Notes: generated by a model not told the origin, from the sequence alone. DNA of 64,000 nt from Clostridia bacterium (GCA_045546275.1 JAZQCM010000042.1:3864-67863), one strand, 5' to 3'; shown: positions 1 to 10,068, counted from the stretch's first letter. Program-made: numbers and translations.

Positions 1-2
1 TA

Positions 3-2276
3 AGAGCAGAAATCCTTGAGGGCATTAAGGATGCTATGGCAACTTTGGATGCTTCTCATGGTATTGAACTTGTTCATTTTGACGCATATGTTGGTAGAAC
101 AGTTCTTCAGCCCGAAATGAACAGCGTTATCGAAGTTGAAGCAGGTAAAGAAAGCGTAATTAATCTTTCTTATGATCACCCCAGATACAAGTTTGTTGGT
201 GAAACACTTGCTACATTGCCTCCTGTAACTCAGTTTGATATTGAAGTTGTTGGCGATGGTATCACAGCTTCTCTTGCAGAAGAAATCGGTGTTATCAACG
301 TTGATGCTACAGCAGATGGCATTGAAGACGGTGACGAAGTTGTACTTAACCTTTATCGTGGTTATGATGACGATCTTAATGCAAACGATAAGGATGTTTA
401 CAGATATGTAACAACATACACACTTAAGGCTGTTGGTTCTACTCAGCCTCCTGTTGTTGATGATCCTTATGTAGAACTTGACGATGTTAAAAACACAACA
501 GTTGATGGTACAATTACAGTTAAGGGTACAACAAACCTTGATTATGTAACAGTAGCAATTGTTAAGCCTGTTGAAGGCGGCGTGAAGACAATCTACGCAG
601 TTGTTTACACAAAGGACGAATTCGAAGCAGGTATTACACTTAATGCTCCCGATGCAGCAGTTGAAGGTGAAGAATACACAGTAGTAGTTGGTACAGAAAA
701 GGCTTCCGATTCTGACGAGTTTGAAATCGAAGGTGCTACAGAAGACTACTTTGTAGAGCTTAACGATGTTGAAAACACAACAGTTGATGGTATCATCACA
801 GTTAAGGGTACAACAAACCTTGACTATGTAACAGTAGCAATTGTTAAGCCCACAGAAGACGGCGTAAAGACAATCTACGCAGTTGTTTATACAAAGGCTG
901 AATTTGAAGCAGGTATTGCACTTCAGGCTCCCGACAATGCAGTAGTTGGCGAAGTATACACAGTAGTAGTTGGTACAGAAAAGGCTTCCGATTCTGATGA
1001 ATTCGAAATCGAAGGTGTAACTGAAGACTACTTTGTAGACCTTGAAGACGTTGCAAACACAACAGTTGAAGGCACAATCACAGTTAAGGGTACAACAAAC
1101 CTTGACTATGTAACAGTAGTAATTGTTAAGCCTACAGAAGATGGCGACAAGACAATCTACACAGTTGTTTATACAAAGGACGAATTTGAAGCAGGTATCA
1201 CACTTAATGCTCCCGCTGATGCAGTAGTTGGCGAAGTATACACAGTAGTTGTTGGTACAGAAAAGGCTTCCGATTCTGATGAATTCGAAATCGAAAGTAC
1301 TGTAACTCCCGGTCCTGCGCCCACACTCAGCCTTGCAGGTGACAAGGATGGCGACGGCGTTATGGACAGAACTGTAAAGAAGGGCTCTAAGGTTGAAATT
1401 ACAACAACACCTCAGAACATTCCCGAAGGTTCTACAGCTGAAGTTATCTGGACAATCACAAATGGTGACGGTGAAGTTGAACAGGTTAAGGTAGCAGGCG
1501 ACTTCAACAATATCCTTCAGATTAAGGGTACTAAGATTGGTGAAGGCGTTGTAATCACAGGTACACTTTATGTTGACGGTGTAGCTACAGATGCAACAGT
1601 AACAGTTAACGTTAAGGTTAAGAAGTCCGGCGGCGGTGGCGGCGGCTACGAAAAGCCCACAGAAGAACCCACTGAAGATGACGACAATAAGCCTCATAGC
1701 TGTGAATGGCCTGATATCGCAGCAGGTTGGGAAGGCAAGGCAAATGCTCACTGGGCTCACCTTACAATTGACCAGATGACAATCAATGGTTACATTAAGG
1801 GTTATCCCGATGGCTTGTTCAGACCTGACCAGAACATTACAAGAGCAGAATTCTCTGCAATCGTATACAGAATCCTCGGTCTCAACGAAGCTGAAGATGG
1901 CGTGAAGTATGACGATACAGTTGGACATTGGGCAGAAGATCTTATTGCAACAATGTCTCTTCCCGAAGGCTATGGCATGCTCCGTGGTTACGGTGACGGC
2001 AACTTCGGACCTAACGACAACATCACTCGTGAACAGGCAGTTGCAATTATCGCAAGAGCTAAGAGTGCTGTTTGGGTAGCAGCTAATGAAGGCGCTAAGG
2101 ACGTATTTACAGATGCTGAAGATATCTCCTGGTGGTTCGACGGCGAAATGGATGCTGCTGTAACTAATGGTCTTATCACAGGTTACGAAGACGGCTCCTA
2201 CAAGCCTCTTAACTTCACAACAAGAGCAGAAGCATGTACACTTCTTGCAAGAGCTTGGCCCGAAGTTTTAGAATAA
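3..2276 (+). CDS. Cell-surface protein, 5'-partial (reading frame open to the window start). It has three tandem ~110-aa repeats, an Ig-like region, a Gly/PT linker and three C-terminal SLH domains.
   Basis: The listed ORF 36..2276 has no stop upstream in frame and no signal peptide, so it is truncated. Three near-identical segments (VELxDVxNTTVDGxITVKGTTNLDYVTV.IVKP...EKASDSDEFEIE) repeat. C-terminal motifs (FRPDQNITRAEFSAIVYRIL, NITREQAVAIIARA, NFTTRAEACTLLARA) are typical of S-layer homology domains. Confidence 0.85.
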   Translation, partial: RAEILEGIKDAMATLDASHGIELVHFDAYVGRTVLQPEMNSVIEVEAGKESVINLSYDHPRYKFVGETLATLPPVTQFDIEVVGDGITASLAEEIGVINVDATADGIEDGDEVVLNLYRGYDDDLNANDKDVYRYVTTYTLKAVGSTQPPVVDDPYVELDDVKNTTVDGTITVKGTTNLDYVTVAIVKPVEGGVKTIYAVVYTKDEFEAGITLNAPDAAVEGEEYTVVVGTEKASDSDEFEIEGATEDYFVELNDVENTTVDGIITVKGTTNLDYVTVAIVKPTEDGVKTIYAVVYTKAEFEAGIALQAPDNAVVGEVYTVVVGTEKASDSDEFEIEGVTEDYFVDLEDVANTTVEGTITVKGTTNLDYVTVVIVKPTEDGDKTIYTVVYTKDEFEAGITLNAPADAVVGEVYTVVVGTEKASDSDEFEIESTVTPGPAPTLSLAGDKDGDGVMDRTVKKGSKVEITTTPQNIPEGSTAEVIWTITNGDGEVEQVKVAGDFNNILQIKGTKIGEGVVITGTLYVDGVATDATVTVNVKVKKSGGGGGGYEKPTEEPTEDDDNKPHSCEWPDIAAGWEGKANAHWAHLTIDQMTINGYIKGYPDGLFRPDQNITRAEFSAIVYRILGLNEAEDGVKYDDTVGHWAEDLIATMSLPEGYGMLRGYGDGNFGPNDNITREQAVAIIARAKSAVWVAANEGAKDVFTDAEDISWWFDGEMDAAVTNGLITGYEDGSYKPLNFTTRAEACTLLARAWPEVLE
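477..1466 (+). repeat. Three tandem, near-identical ~330-bp coding repeats inside the SLH protein gene.
   Basis: The protein repeats begin at about aa 148, 258 and 368 with more than 85% identity. The DNA blocks start near 477, 807 and 1137. Confidence 0.8.
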
Positions 2277-2290
2277 TTCAGTAATAAATC

Positions 2291-2327
2291 AAGGGTTGCA
2301 GTAATGCAACCCTTGCATTTTCAATAA
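2291..2327 (+). terminator. Rho-independent terminator after the first SLH gene.
   Basis: Hairpin aagggttgcagtaatgcaacccttg followed by cattttc. Confidence 0.6.
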
Positions 2328-2388
2328 AACCAAACTTACAGTTTTGTTTATGTGTGTGGAGAAATAACTGAAAGGATGGATATTAATT

Positions 2389-3624
2389 ATGAAAACAATT
2401 TTTAAAAAGCTTACAGCCTTGATAGTGGCAATGATGATGGTGCTTAGTTTTGCGCCAACGGCATTTGCAGGTATTGAGTATTCTATGGAGGACGCTTTTA
2501 ACCAGTGTGCAGAAATTTACCCCTACTTTGTTGAAACAGTTACTTCACAGGGTGTTAGCAATGCTCAGATTATTACATTCCTTGAATCTGTTCAGACATA
2601 CCTGTTAGGTCTTGATGTGGAGATAACCGAAGAAAACTTTGAAGGTTATCTTATAGAAGGCGTAAACAATGCAATGACTTACAGAAAGAATATTGCGGTA
2701 AGAGATGCTTTGCTTATGGCTTTCCCCGAGGCAGCTGTTGACGGAATGGATGGTATTATTCATGAGGACTTTGTTCCGATTGTTGAAACTGTAAAGCTTA
2801 TTCTTTTCGGTGGCGAAGAGGTTGAAAAGCCTACCGAAGAACCTACCGAAAAACCTACAGAAGAACCTACAGAAAAGCCAACAGAACCTACAGAAGAACC
2901 TACTGAAGAAAAAACAGAGGCTGACAAGCCTTCCGGCGGAGACGGCGGCAGCACAGGTGGCAATGGTGGTGGCTCCACAGGCGGTTCAGGTGGTGGCACA
3001 GCGACAGGTGGAAATGAAGATGCCGACGACACTCCCGTTGAAGAACCTACCCAGCCGAAAGTTCAGTTCAGCGACATGAATCAGGCTGAATGGGCGAGAG
3101 AAGCTGTGTATGCACTTGTTGAAAGAGGAATTATAAATGGTTATGAGGATGGCACCTTCCGTCCTAACCGAAACATCACAAGAGCAGAATTTGCTAAGAT
3201 TATTGTAATTGCAGCGGGCAAGTATGATAAGAACGCTACTTGCACGTTTACTGATGTTCCCAAGGACCAGTGGTATTATTCTTACGTTGCATCTGCTTAC
3301 AAAGAAGGCTTTATCAACGGCAGAAGCGCTGAGATTTTTGACCCTAATTCCAATATTACAAGAGCAGATGTTTGTACAATTGTGTACAGATTTGTAAAGA
3401 GCATTAATCCTCTTGTGAAGGCTAACGGCAACGTTACCTTTACAGATGCGGCAGATATTCCCGTGTGGGCAGTTGAAGCGGTTACTGTTCTTAACACAAA
3501 CAAGGTTGCAGATGTTCTTAATAATAACAAGTTTGAACCTGTAACAAATGCAACAAGAGCACAGTGTGCTCAGATTTTGTACAGAGCAATTAACCTTGGA
3601 TTGGGTATTAATATAGGAAAGTAA
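2389..3624 (+). CDS. SLH-domain surface protein with a signal peptide, a (K)PTEEPTE repeat linker, a Gly-rich spacer and three SLH domains.
   Basis: N-terminal signal MKTIFKKLTALIVAMMMVLSFAPTAFA. KPTEEPTE is repeated five times and is followed by a GGSTGGNGGG spacer. C-terminal SLH motifs (FRPNRNITRAEFAKII, NITRADVCTIVYRF, ATRAQCAQILYRA). RBS aaaggatgg lies upstream. Confidence 0.9.
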   Translation: MKTIFKKLTALIVAMMMVLSFAPTAFAGIEYSMEDAFNQCAEIYPYFVETVTSQGVSNAQIITFLESVQTYLLGLDVEITEENFEGYLIEGVNNAMTYRKNIAVRDALLMAFPEAAVDGMDGIIHEDFVPIVETVKLILFGGEEVEKPTEEPTEKPTEEPTEKPTEPTEEPTEEKTEADKPSGGDGGSTGGNGGGSTGGSGGGTATGGNEDADDTPVEEPTQPKVQFSDMNQAEWAREAVYALVERGIINGYEDGTFRPNRNITRAEFAKIIVIAAGKYDKNATCTFTDVPKDQWYYSYVASAYKEGFINGRSAEIFDPNSNITRADVCTIVYRFVKSINPLVKANGNVTFTDAADIPVWAVEAVTVLNTNKVADVLNNNKFEPVTNATRAQCAQILYRAINLGLGINIGK

Positions 3625-3625
3625 T

Positions 3626-3700
3626 AAAAAAGGAGTTTCGGTTTCCCAAACTCCTTTTAACATGAAAAGAGCTGAGTGACCTCAGCTCTTTTTTTACTAT
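3626..3700. terminator. Two adjacent hairpin terminators serving the convergent genes.
   Basis: aaaggagtttcggtttcccaaactcctttt and aaaagagctgagtgacctcagctcttttttt. Confidence 0.6.
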
Positions 3701-3708
3701 ATTAAATT

Positions 3709-3963
3709 TTATTCCTGTTCAGATTTGCCGTAAAGGTTATATCTGAAAAGTCTGGATTCGTCTTCAATGTTTTCACATTCAATTGTAGCTTCACTAAGCT
3801 TACCGCCTTCAAGTACGCTCATTACGCCTACAATACGACAAAAAGCAGACTGAAGGTTGATCTTATCGCCTTCTTCTGTGGTCATCCACACATTACCTGT
3901 GCAGCTACCAAGCTCATTAACAAAGCCCTGTAAATCCAAATCATGTACAACAAACTTGCGCAT
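3709..3963 (-). CDS. HPr/Crh-like small protein that lacks the canonical phospho-His motif.
   Basis: MRKFVVHDLDLQGFVNELGS...NLQSAFCRIVGVMSVLEGGKLSEATIECEN aligns with HPr (GIHARPA...KSIMGVMSLGIAKGAEITISASG). The His15 position is occupied by Gln/Gly, as in Crh. The start was chosen at the internal Met (MRKF), which is preceded by RBS aaggagg. A sigma-A-like promoter (TTGACA ... TACTAT) lies in 4021-4050. Confidence 0.55.
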   Translation of the reverse strand: MRKFVVHDLDLQGFVNELGSCTGNVWMTTEEGDKINLQSAFCRIVGVMSVLEGGKLSEATIECENIEDESRLFRYNLYGKSEQE

Positions 3964-4082
3964 ACTTAAAACCTCCTTGAATAGGGAAATGATAATTAAA
4001 GGATTATTCCTTACACGCACATAGTATACCGAAAAACTTTTTTTGTCAATACACTTTATGAAAAACTGTGATTTTGACTAAA

Positions 4083-6476
4083 TTATGAGAAGGATTGCTC
4101 TGTTCTATTGATAATTTCGTCCTGTAAAGCCTTCGACAAATTCCTGAAGTGGTCGCTGTAGCCTGCAACACGAACAATCAAATCCTTATATTCTTCCGGA
4201 TGCTTCTGTGCATCAATCAATGTTGCACGGTCAATTACGTTGAACTGAATATGGTGACCATCCATACCAAAGTAGGAACGGATTAAAGCAGCCATATTGT
4301 TAAGTCCGTCTTCACCTGCAACAACTGCAGGAGTGAACTTTTGGTTCAAAAGAGTACCTCCTGTTTTTAAGTGATCCATCTTTGCACAGCTCTTGATAAC
4401 AGCTGTAGGTCCGTTCACGTCGGCGCCCTTTTCGGGAGAAATGCCTTCGCTCATGGGCTTACCTGCACGTCTTCCGTTGGGAAGAGCACCACAAACTTCA
4501 CCAAAGTAAACATGACATGTTGTGGGAAGCATATCAATGCGGTACTGACCGCCCTTGATTGTGGGTCTGCCTGTAATATATCCTTGATATTCGTTAAACA
4601 CGGTTTTCATAATGTCATCAGCGTAATCGTCATCGTTGCCGTACTTGGGAGTTTTGTTTGCAACAAGGTTATAAATACGGTCAAAGCCTTCAAAGTCAGA
4701 ATTTACAGCATTTAAAAGCTCTGCCATTGTAAAGTTCTTTTTGTCAAACACATTATACTTGATTGCAGAAAGTGAGTCAGTAATAGAGCCAATGCCAACG
4801 CCCTGAATGTAGTAAGTGTTGTATCTTGCACCACCTGCATTGTAGTCAACTGCCTTTTCAATACAGTCTTCCATAATTATGGAAAGGAAAGGCACAGGCA
4901 TGTATTTTGCATAAATTTTTTCAATAATGTTGTTACCTGCAATCTTAATGTCGAGGAAGTGGTGCATCTGCTTTACAAATGCATCATAAAGCTCTTCGTA
5001 GCTTGTAAAGTCTTCAGCGTTGCCGGTTTTAAGACCAATCTGCTTGCCGGTGTACTTGTCAAAACCGTTGTTAAGTGTAATTTCAAGAACCTTAGGAATG
5101 TTGAAATAACCTGTTAAAGCGTAGTTTTCCTTACCTAAGCAGCCTGTTTCAACACAGCCTGTGGAGCAACCGTGTCTTGCATCTTCAATGGACTTACCTG
5201 CATTAAGAAGCTCCTGAATAATAGCTTCTGTGTTATAAAAAGCTGGCTGCCCCCAACCCTTACGGGAAATTTCACAAGCACGAAGCAGAAATTCCGGAGG
5301 AGTTTTTCTTGAAATCTGAACATTACTGGAGGGCTGAAGAAGCTTCATTTCATCCATTGTGTCGAGAATAATGTAACTTACGGGGTTTACACCGTCTCTG
5401 CCGTCCTCTGTAATACCGCCTGTGTTAAGGTTGCAAAAGTCTGTATATGTGCCGCTTTCCTTCAAGGTAATACCAACCTTGGGAGGAGCAGGCTGATTGT
5501 TGAACTTAATCCAGAAGCATTCCATCAATTCTCTTGCTCTGTCGTAATCAAGAGTACCTTCTTTAACTTCCTTCTGATAGAAGGGGTTAAGATGCTGGTC
5601 AAGTCTTCCGGGGGTGAAAGCATCCCAGGGGTTAACTTCGCTTGTAACACCAATGTGTACAAACCAGTACATCTGCAATGCCTGGTGGAATGTCTTAGGT
5701 GCAAATTCGGGCACCTGCTTACAGTTTTCGCTAATTAAAAGAAGGTCTGCCTTTTTCTTTTCATCAGTTTCCTTTTCAGCAAGAGAAAGAGCGTATTCGC
5801 TGTAGCGCTTGCCGTAAGTGATGATAGCATCACAGCAAATCATCATAGCTTCAAGCTCAGCCTTTTTGTCGTATGCGTTTTCATCGTTTACAAAATCAAG
5901 GCGTGTAATTCTTTTTTCAATGTCCTTTTTAAAATCGGAAAAGCCTTTTTTGTAAATAATGTTACCAGCGCCTGTGTGACCCGGACCACGCTGCTCCATA
6001 AATTCGGTAAACATACCTGCAGCATAGCAGTCCTTCCACTGTTGTGAAGTGGACGCCATAATCTTGTGGCGGATGGAGCGTTTTTCCCAGTAGGGGATAA
6101 CCTTTTCACGCTGAATCTTTTTGTCTTCTTCTGTAACGGAGAAGCTTATGAGCTCTCTCGCATCCATTATTTCCATGTCTTCAATTGTGTGACAGCAAAG
6201 CTCAGGGAAGGAGGGTGCACACTGAAGGTCGTGACCCTTTTCGCCCACGATTAATTCGCCGTCGTTAATAACAAGAGTTTTTCTTTCCATATATTCGCGG
6301 AAAGCAAGCGCACGAAGCACAGGAATGTCAACACTGCCTTCGTATTTCTGATATGCATCGGTAAAAATCGCCGCACGTTCAATAGACAGCGCAGGATTAG
6401 TGGACACGCTCTGCTCACGAAGCTTTTTTGTTCTTTCTGTATATCCTCTCATAAAATCATTCCTTTCTTTAACCAC
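4083..6476 (-). CDS. Glycyl radical enzyme of the PFL2/glycerol-dehydratase clade. Its substrate is unknown.
   Basis: 797 aa. The C-terminal glycyl-radical motif is LIVRVAGYSDHF...DEIINRTE. The active-site GCVE (Cys-x-Glu) lies at HGCSTGCVETG. The fold is similar to B12-independent glycerol dehydratase, HypD and CutC. Confidence 0.85.
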   Translation of the reverse strand: MVKERNDFMRGYTERTKKLREQSVSTNPALSIERAAIFTDAYQKYEGSVDIPVLRALAFREYMERKTLVINDGELIVGEKGHDLQCAPSFPELCCHTIEDMEIMDARELISFSVTEEDKKIQREKVIPYWEKRSIRHKIMASTSQQWKDCYAAGMFTEFMEQRGPGHTGAGNIIYKKGFSDFKKDIEKRITRLDFVNDENAYDKKAELEAMMICCDAIITYGKRYSEYALSLAEKETDEKKKADLLLISENCKQVPEFAPKTFHQALQMYWFVHIGVTSEVNPWDAFTPGRLDQHLNPFYQKEVKEGTLDYDRARELMECFWIKFNNQPAPPKVGITLKESGTYTDFCNLNTGGITEDGRDGVNPVSYIILDTMDEMKLLQPSSNVQISRKTPPEFLLRACEISRKGWGQPAFYNTEAIIQELLNAGKSIEDARHGCSTGCVETGCLGKENYALTGYFNIPKVLEITLNNGFDKYTGKQIGLKTGNAEDFTSYEELYDAFVKQMHHFLDIKIAGNNIIEKIYAKYMPVPFLSIIMEDCIEKAVDYNAGGARYNTYYIQGVGIGSITDSLSAIKYNVFDKKNFTMAELLNAVNSDFEGFDRIYNLVANKTPKYGNDDDYADDIMKTVFNEYQGYITGRPTIKGGQYRIDMLPTTCHVYFGEVCGALPNGRRAGKPMSEGISPEKGADVNGPTAVIKSCAKMDHLKTGGTLLNQKFTPAVVAGEDGLNNMAALIRSYFGMDGHHIQFNVIDRATLIDAQKHPEEYKDLIVRVAGYSDHFRNLSKALQDEIINRTEQSFS

Positions 6477-7374
6477 CTATTTTAACATCTTTAAAACCCT
6501 TTTCAAAAAAGATTGTTTTTATCTGTTCCATTTTTTCCTTTGACGGAGTGCTCATGCTGTTGGCATCGTATTCTTTGCCCAGTTTTGTGTACTTGTATTT
6601 GCCCATATCGTGATAGGGGAGTAAGTTCACCTTTGTAATGCCCATTGCATAAGTTTTTTCGGCAATTTTCTCCAGGTCATCCAAGTTGCAGTTGCAATTT
6701 TCAATAAGGGGTAACCTCAGGTTTATATTTGCACCCATGTTGCAAAGCTTTTCAAGGTTTTCCCAAATAATGTGGTTGTCAACTCCTGTAAGAGCTTTGT
6801 GCAAAGCCCGATCATAGGCTTTTATATCGTACAAAAACACATCAGTGTAGGGGTGTATTTTTTCAAACACTTCAAAGGGGGCGTAGCCTGAGGTGTCAAC
6901 TGCAGTATGTATACGCTGTGCCTTACATTTTTTTAAAAGGAGCAGCAAAAACTCGGGAAAAATGGTGCATTCGCCACCTGAGAATGTAACGCCACCGCCT
7001 GATTCGTTGTAAAAGGAGGTGTCCTTTAAAATAATGTCAAACACTTCATCGTTTGTCATTTCCTTGCCGGAAATTTCCCTTGCGTTATAATAACAAACGT
7101 CGGTGCAGCTTCCGCACAAATTACACTTTTTTGTATCTGTGGTAAGAGTGCCGTTTTCAATTGTGATGGCACCGTTAGGGCAGTTCTTTTCGCACCTGCC
7201 GCAAAGGGTGCAGTTTTCAGCGTTGTACATAACCTCATAATGACTATTGAAGGTTTCAGGGTTGTGACACCATTTACAACGCAAGGGACACCCCTTGAAA
7301 AACACCGTTGTTCTGATGCCGTCACCATCCTTTGTGGAAAAACGCTGTATGTTTGAAATAAGTACTTTTTCCAT
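6469..7374 (-). CDS. Glycyl-radical enzyme activating enzyme (radical SAM) with two extra ferredoxin-like clusters.
   Basis: GCPLRCKWCHNPE (Cx3Cx2C). Additional cluster motifs CTLCGRCEKNCP and CNLCGSCTDVC. The gene overlaps the GRE gene by 8 nt. Confidence 0.9.
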   Translation of the reverse strand: MEKVLISNIQRFSTKDGDGIRTTVFFKGCPLRCKWCHNPETFNSHYEVMYNAENCTLCGRCEKNCPNGAITIENGTLTTDTKKCNLCGSCTDVCYYNAREISGKEMTNDEVFDIILKDTSFYNESGGGVTFSGGECTIFPEFLLLLLKKCKAQRIHTAVDTSGYAPFEVFEKIHPYTDVFLYDIKAYDRALHKALTGVDNHIIWENLEKLCNMGANINLRLPLIENCNCNLDDLEKIAEKTYAMGITKVNLLPYHDMGKYKYTKLGKEYDANSMSTPSKEKMEQIKTIFFEKGFKDVKIGG

Positions 7375-7494
7375 TCCATTTTCCTCACAATCAAATATAC
7401 CTTATCAGAATAATTTTATATCTTTTTTATGCTACTGTCAATAAAAAAAGTAGGTTTCTTAACACAGTACGACAATATTTTAATCTTCATTTTT

Positions 7495-7500
7495 GTATAA
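7495..7500 (+). promoter_or_regulatory. Extended -10 (tTGtATAAT) for the spoIIGA-sigE operon, with possible Spo0A-box-like elements upstream.
   Basis: tttTGtATAATgg sits immediately before the ORF. 0A-box-like sequences (TGTCGAA consensus) occur at about 7431 (TGTCAAT) and about 7466 (TaCGACA on the complementary strand). Confidence 0.35.
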
Positions 7501-8375
7501 TGGTATGGGAGGTGGAAACGATTAGCATTTATATAGATATTTTGTTCATGATTAACTTTGTTATAAACATTCTTATTGTGGAAGGGTGCGGACTTTTAAT
7601 AAACCGTGAAACAAAATGGTACAAAACTCTTCTGGCAGCGTTTGTGGGTGCATTGTATGCAGTGGCGGTATTTTTTCCCAATTTGACCATGCTCAAATCT
7701 GCAGTTATGAAAATAATAGTGTCGGGGATTATGGTTGGGCTGGCTTTTAAAATAAATAAAAAAAGTGCATTTTTAAAGGTTTGGTGCAGCTTTTACCTTG
7801 TGAGCTTTATTTTTGGCGGTGCTATTATTGCAATAATGAGCCTTACAGGAATTGGTGCAAAAACAGGTGCAATTATTTCAAACGGAAGCATTTATTTTTC
7901 TTTGCCCTGGAAAATGGTGCTTTTGTCAAGCGGTGTGGTTTATCTGGTGTTAACCATTTTTTCACGCATACGGAAAAGAAGAATTTCCAACAAAGCGGTA
8001 GAACGAGTTTTAAAAATATACATAAACGGAAAAAAGATAGAAATGAATGCAATTATCGACACGGGAAATTCTTTATCCGACCCTATCACAGGGTGCCCGG
8101 TAATAGTTTGCGAATACGACGAATTAAAATGCATTTTGCCAAAGGATGACGACAAATCAATAATTGAAAAAATGCTTTCGGCAAATCTTAAGGTAAGGCT
8201 CATACCCTTTTCCAGCATAGGCGAGGAACAGGGAGTGATGCCCGGGTTTATGCCTGATTTGGTAGAGATTGATCATTATAAAGCCAAGAGGTGTGTTATA
8301 TGCATAAGCGAAACAAAGCTTTCAAAAGAAGAGGAGTATCATGCATTGTTAAATCCAATGCTGATTGTGGGTTGA
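7500..8375 (+). CDS. spoIIGA: Sigma-E processing peptidase SpoIIGA (a membrane aspartic protease).
   Basis: The N-terminus is multi-TM and the C-terminus carries IDTGNS (a DTG aspartic protease motif). It sits immediately upstream of sigE. The exact start is uncertain because the -10 overlaps the annotated ATG. Confidence 0.85.
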   Translation: MVWEVETISIYIDILFMINFVINILIVEGCGLLINRETKWYKTLLAAFVGALYAVAVFFPNLTMLKSAVMKIIVSGIMVGLAFKINKKSAFLKVWCSFYLVSFIFGGAIIAIMSLTGIGAKTGAIISNGSIYFSLPWKMVLLSSGVVYLVLTIFSRIRKRRISNKAVERVLKIYINGKKIEMNAIIDTGNSLSDPITGCPVIVCEYDELKCILPKDDDKSIIEKMLSANLKVRLIPFSSIGEEQGVMPGFMPDLVEIDHYKAKRCVICISETKLSKEEEYHALLNPMLIVG

Positions 8376-8380
8376 ATTTT

Positions 8381-9097
8381 ATGGAACTTAAAAATTTTAT
8401 ACGTATGATAGCAGAAAAAAGCTACAGAGAGCTTATGGACCATTTTTCTCCTGAAAAGGTTCACTACTTAGGCTCAGGGGAGGTGTTGCCTCCTGCTTTG
8501 AAAAAGGACGAGGAGGAAATGCTTTTAAAAGCAATTGACACAAAAAAATCACGCGATAAGCTGGTGGAGCACAATTTAAGGCTTGTTGTGTACATTGCAA
8601 AAAAATTTGAAAACACAAACATTTCCCTTGAGGACTTAATAAGTATAGGCACAATAGGGCTTATAAAAGCGGTGAACACCTTTAAAACCGACAAAAAAAT
8701 AAAGCTTGCAACCTATGCTTCAAGGTGCATTGAAAACGAAATACTTATGTACTTAAGAAAACACAACGCCCGAAAAGGCGAAATTTCTTTTGACGAGCCG
8801 CTTAATGTTGACTGGGACGGAAACGAGCTTTTGCTCAGCGATGTTTTAGGCACCGAAAACGACCTGGTTGAAATCAAACTGCAGGAAGCGGCAGAGCTGC
8901 AACTTTTAAAAAGTGCCATGAAAAGGCTTTCGGACAGGGAAAGAGAAATTATTAACCTTCGTTACGGCCTTGGAGGAGTGCGGGAAAAAACGCAAAAAGA
9001 GGTTGCCGACATGCTGGGCATAAGCCAAAGCTATATTTCGCGCTTAGAAAAAAAGATAATGGGGCAGTTAAAAAAAGACATTGTAAAAAATATCTGA
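8381..9097 (+). CDS. sigE: Sporulation sigma factor sigma-E (the pro-sigma-E form).
   Basis: [21 protein letters not shown]...[15 protein letters not shown]...[20 protein letters not shown]...[20 protein letters not shown] is nearly collinear with B. subtilis SigE. The start was chosen at MELKNF (8381), just after the spoIIGA stop. The listed start at 8291 is an N-terminal over-extension. Confidence 0.9.
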   Translation: MELKNFIRMIAEKSYRELMDHFSPEKVHYLGSGEVLPPALKKDEEEMLLKAIDTKKSRDKLVEHNLRLVVYIAKKFENTNISLEDLISIGTIGLIKAVNTFKTDKKIKLATYASRCIENEILMYLRKHNARKGEISFDEPLNVDWDGNELLLSDVLGTENDLVEIKLQEAAELQLLKSAMKRLSDREREIINLRYGLGGVREKTQKEVADMLGISQSYISRLEKKIMGQLKKDIVKNI

Positions 9098-9175
9098 CAA
9101 TTAATAATGAAAAACACCATTGTTCATGAATTGTTAAAAAACTTGTGCTACAATAGCCTAAAGAGGTGAAACATA

Positions 9176-10068
9176 TGAAGAAAATGACGTTTATATATAA
9201 CCCCAAATCAGGCAAGGCTCTTATCCGTGAAAACCTCTCGGACATTGTAAGCATTTTTTCGGAGGGTGACTACGAAATTACCATTGTGCCAACAAAGCAC
9301 AGAAATCACTGCTGTGAGTACATTGCCGAGAAAGGTAAAAACTTTGACGTTGTGGCAGTTTCGGGTGGTGACGGAACAGTTAACGAGGCATTTAACGCAC
9401 TTATGACCATTGATGATGAAAACCGCCCTGTTTTAGGCTACATACCCACAGGAACAACCAATGACTTTGCATCTTCTGTTGGCATTCCCAAAAATGTAAT
9501 GGAAGCAGCACATGTTATAAACGAAGGTGTTGTTAAAAAAATTGATGCAGGAAAATTCAACAACAAGTATTTTGCCTATGTTGCCGCATTCGGTGCCTTT
9601 ACAAATGTGGCATACGACACCCCTCAGCAAAACAAAAACCTTTTGGGGTATGTGGCCTACCTTTTGGAGGGCATTAAAAAGCTGGGCGAAATAAAGCCCT
9701 ACAAAATGGTTGTGGAAACAGATTCCAGCATAATTGAAGACGAATTTGTTGTTGGTATGGTTGCAAACACACTTTCAATCGGTGGTGTTAAGGTTAAGCA
9801 CTTTGATGTTAGCTTAAATGACGGACTTTTTGAGGTTATTCTGATTAAAAGCATTAAAAAGCCTGCGGATTTAAGTGCAATGATAGCTGATTTGAAAAAT
9901 AATAATACCGACAGCGAGCATTTTGTTTTTGTAAAAACAAACAAGCTGAAAATGCAAAGCTATGAAACTATTGCCTGGACCTTGGACGGCGAGTTCGGCG
10001 GTGAGCATACCAATGTTCAGATTGAAAGCGTTCCTGAGGCAATAAAAATTAAAGTTGCCCAAGGGTGA
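9176..10068 (+). CDS. dagK: Diacylglycerol/lipid kinase of the DagK/YegS/BmrU family.
   Basis: VAVSGGDGTVNEAFNAL (GGDGT motif). RBS aagaggtga sits 6 nt before ATG 9176. The listed ORF begins at an upstream GTG. Confidence 0.85.

Noticed and set aside
2986-3663. A 225-aa minus-strand ORF, together with the short ORFs 2760..3079, overlapping the second SLH gene.
   Set aside because: These are antisense or out-of-frame readings through the low-complexity PT/Gly linker and SLH region. They have no RBS, and the sense gene has strong domain evidence.
8291-8380. Long N-terminal extension of the sigE ORF that overlaps spoIIGA.
   Set aside because: Homology to SigE begins at MELKNF (8381), immediately after the spoIIGA stop.
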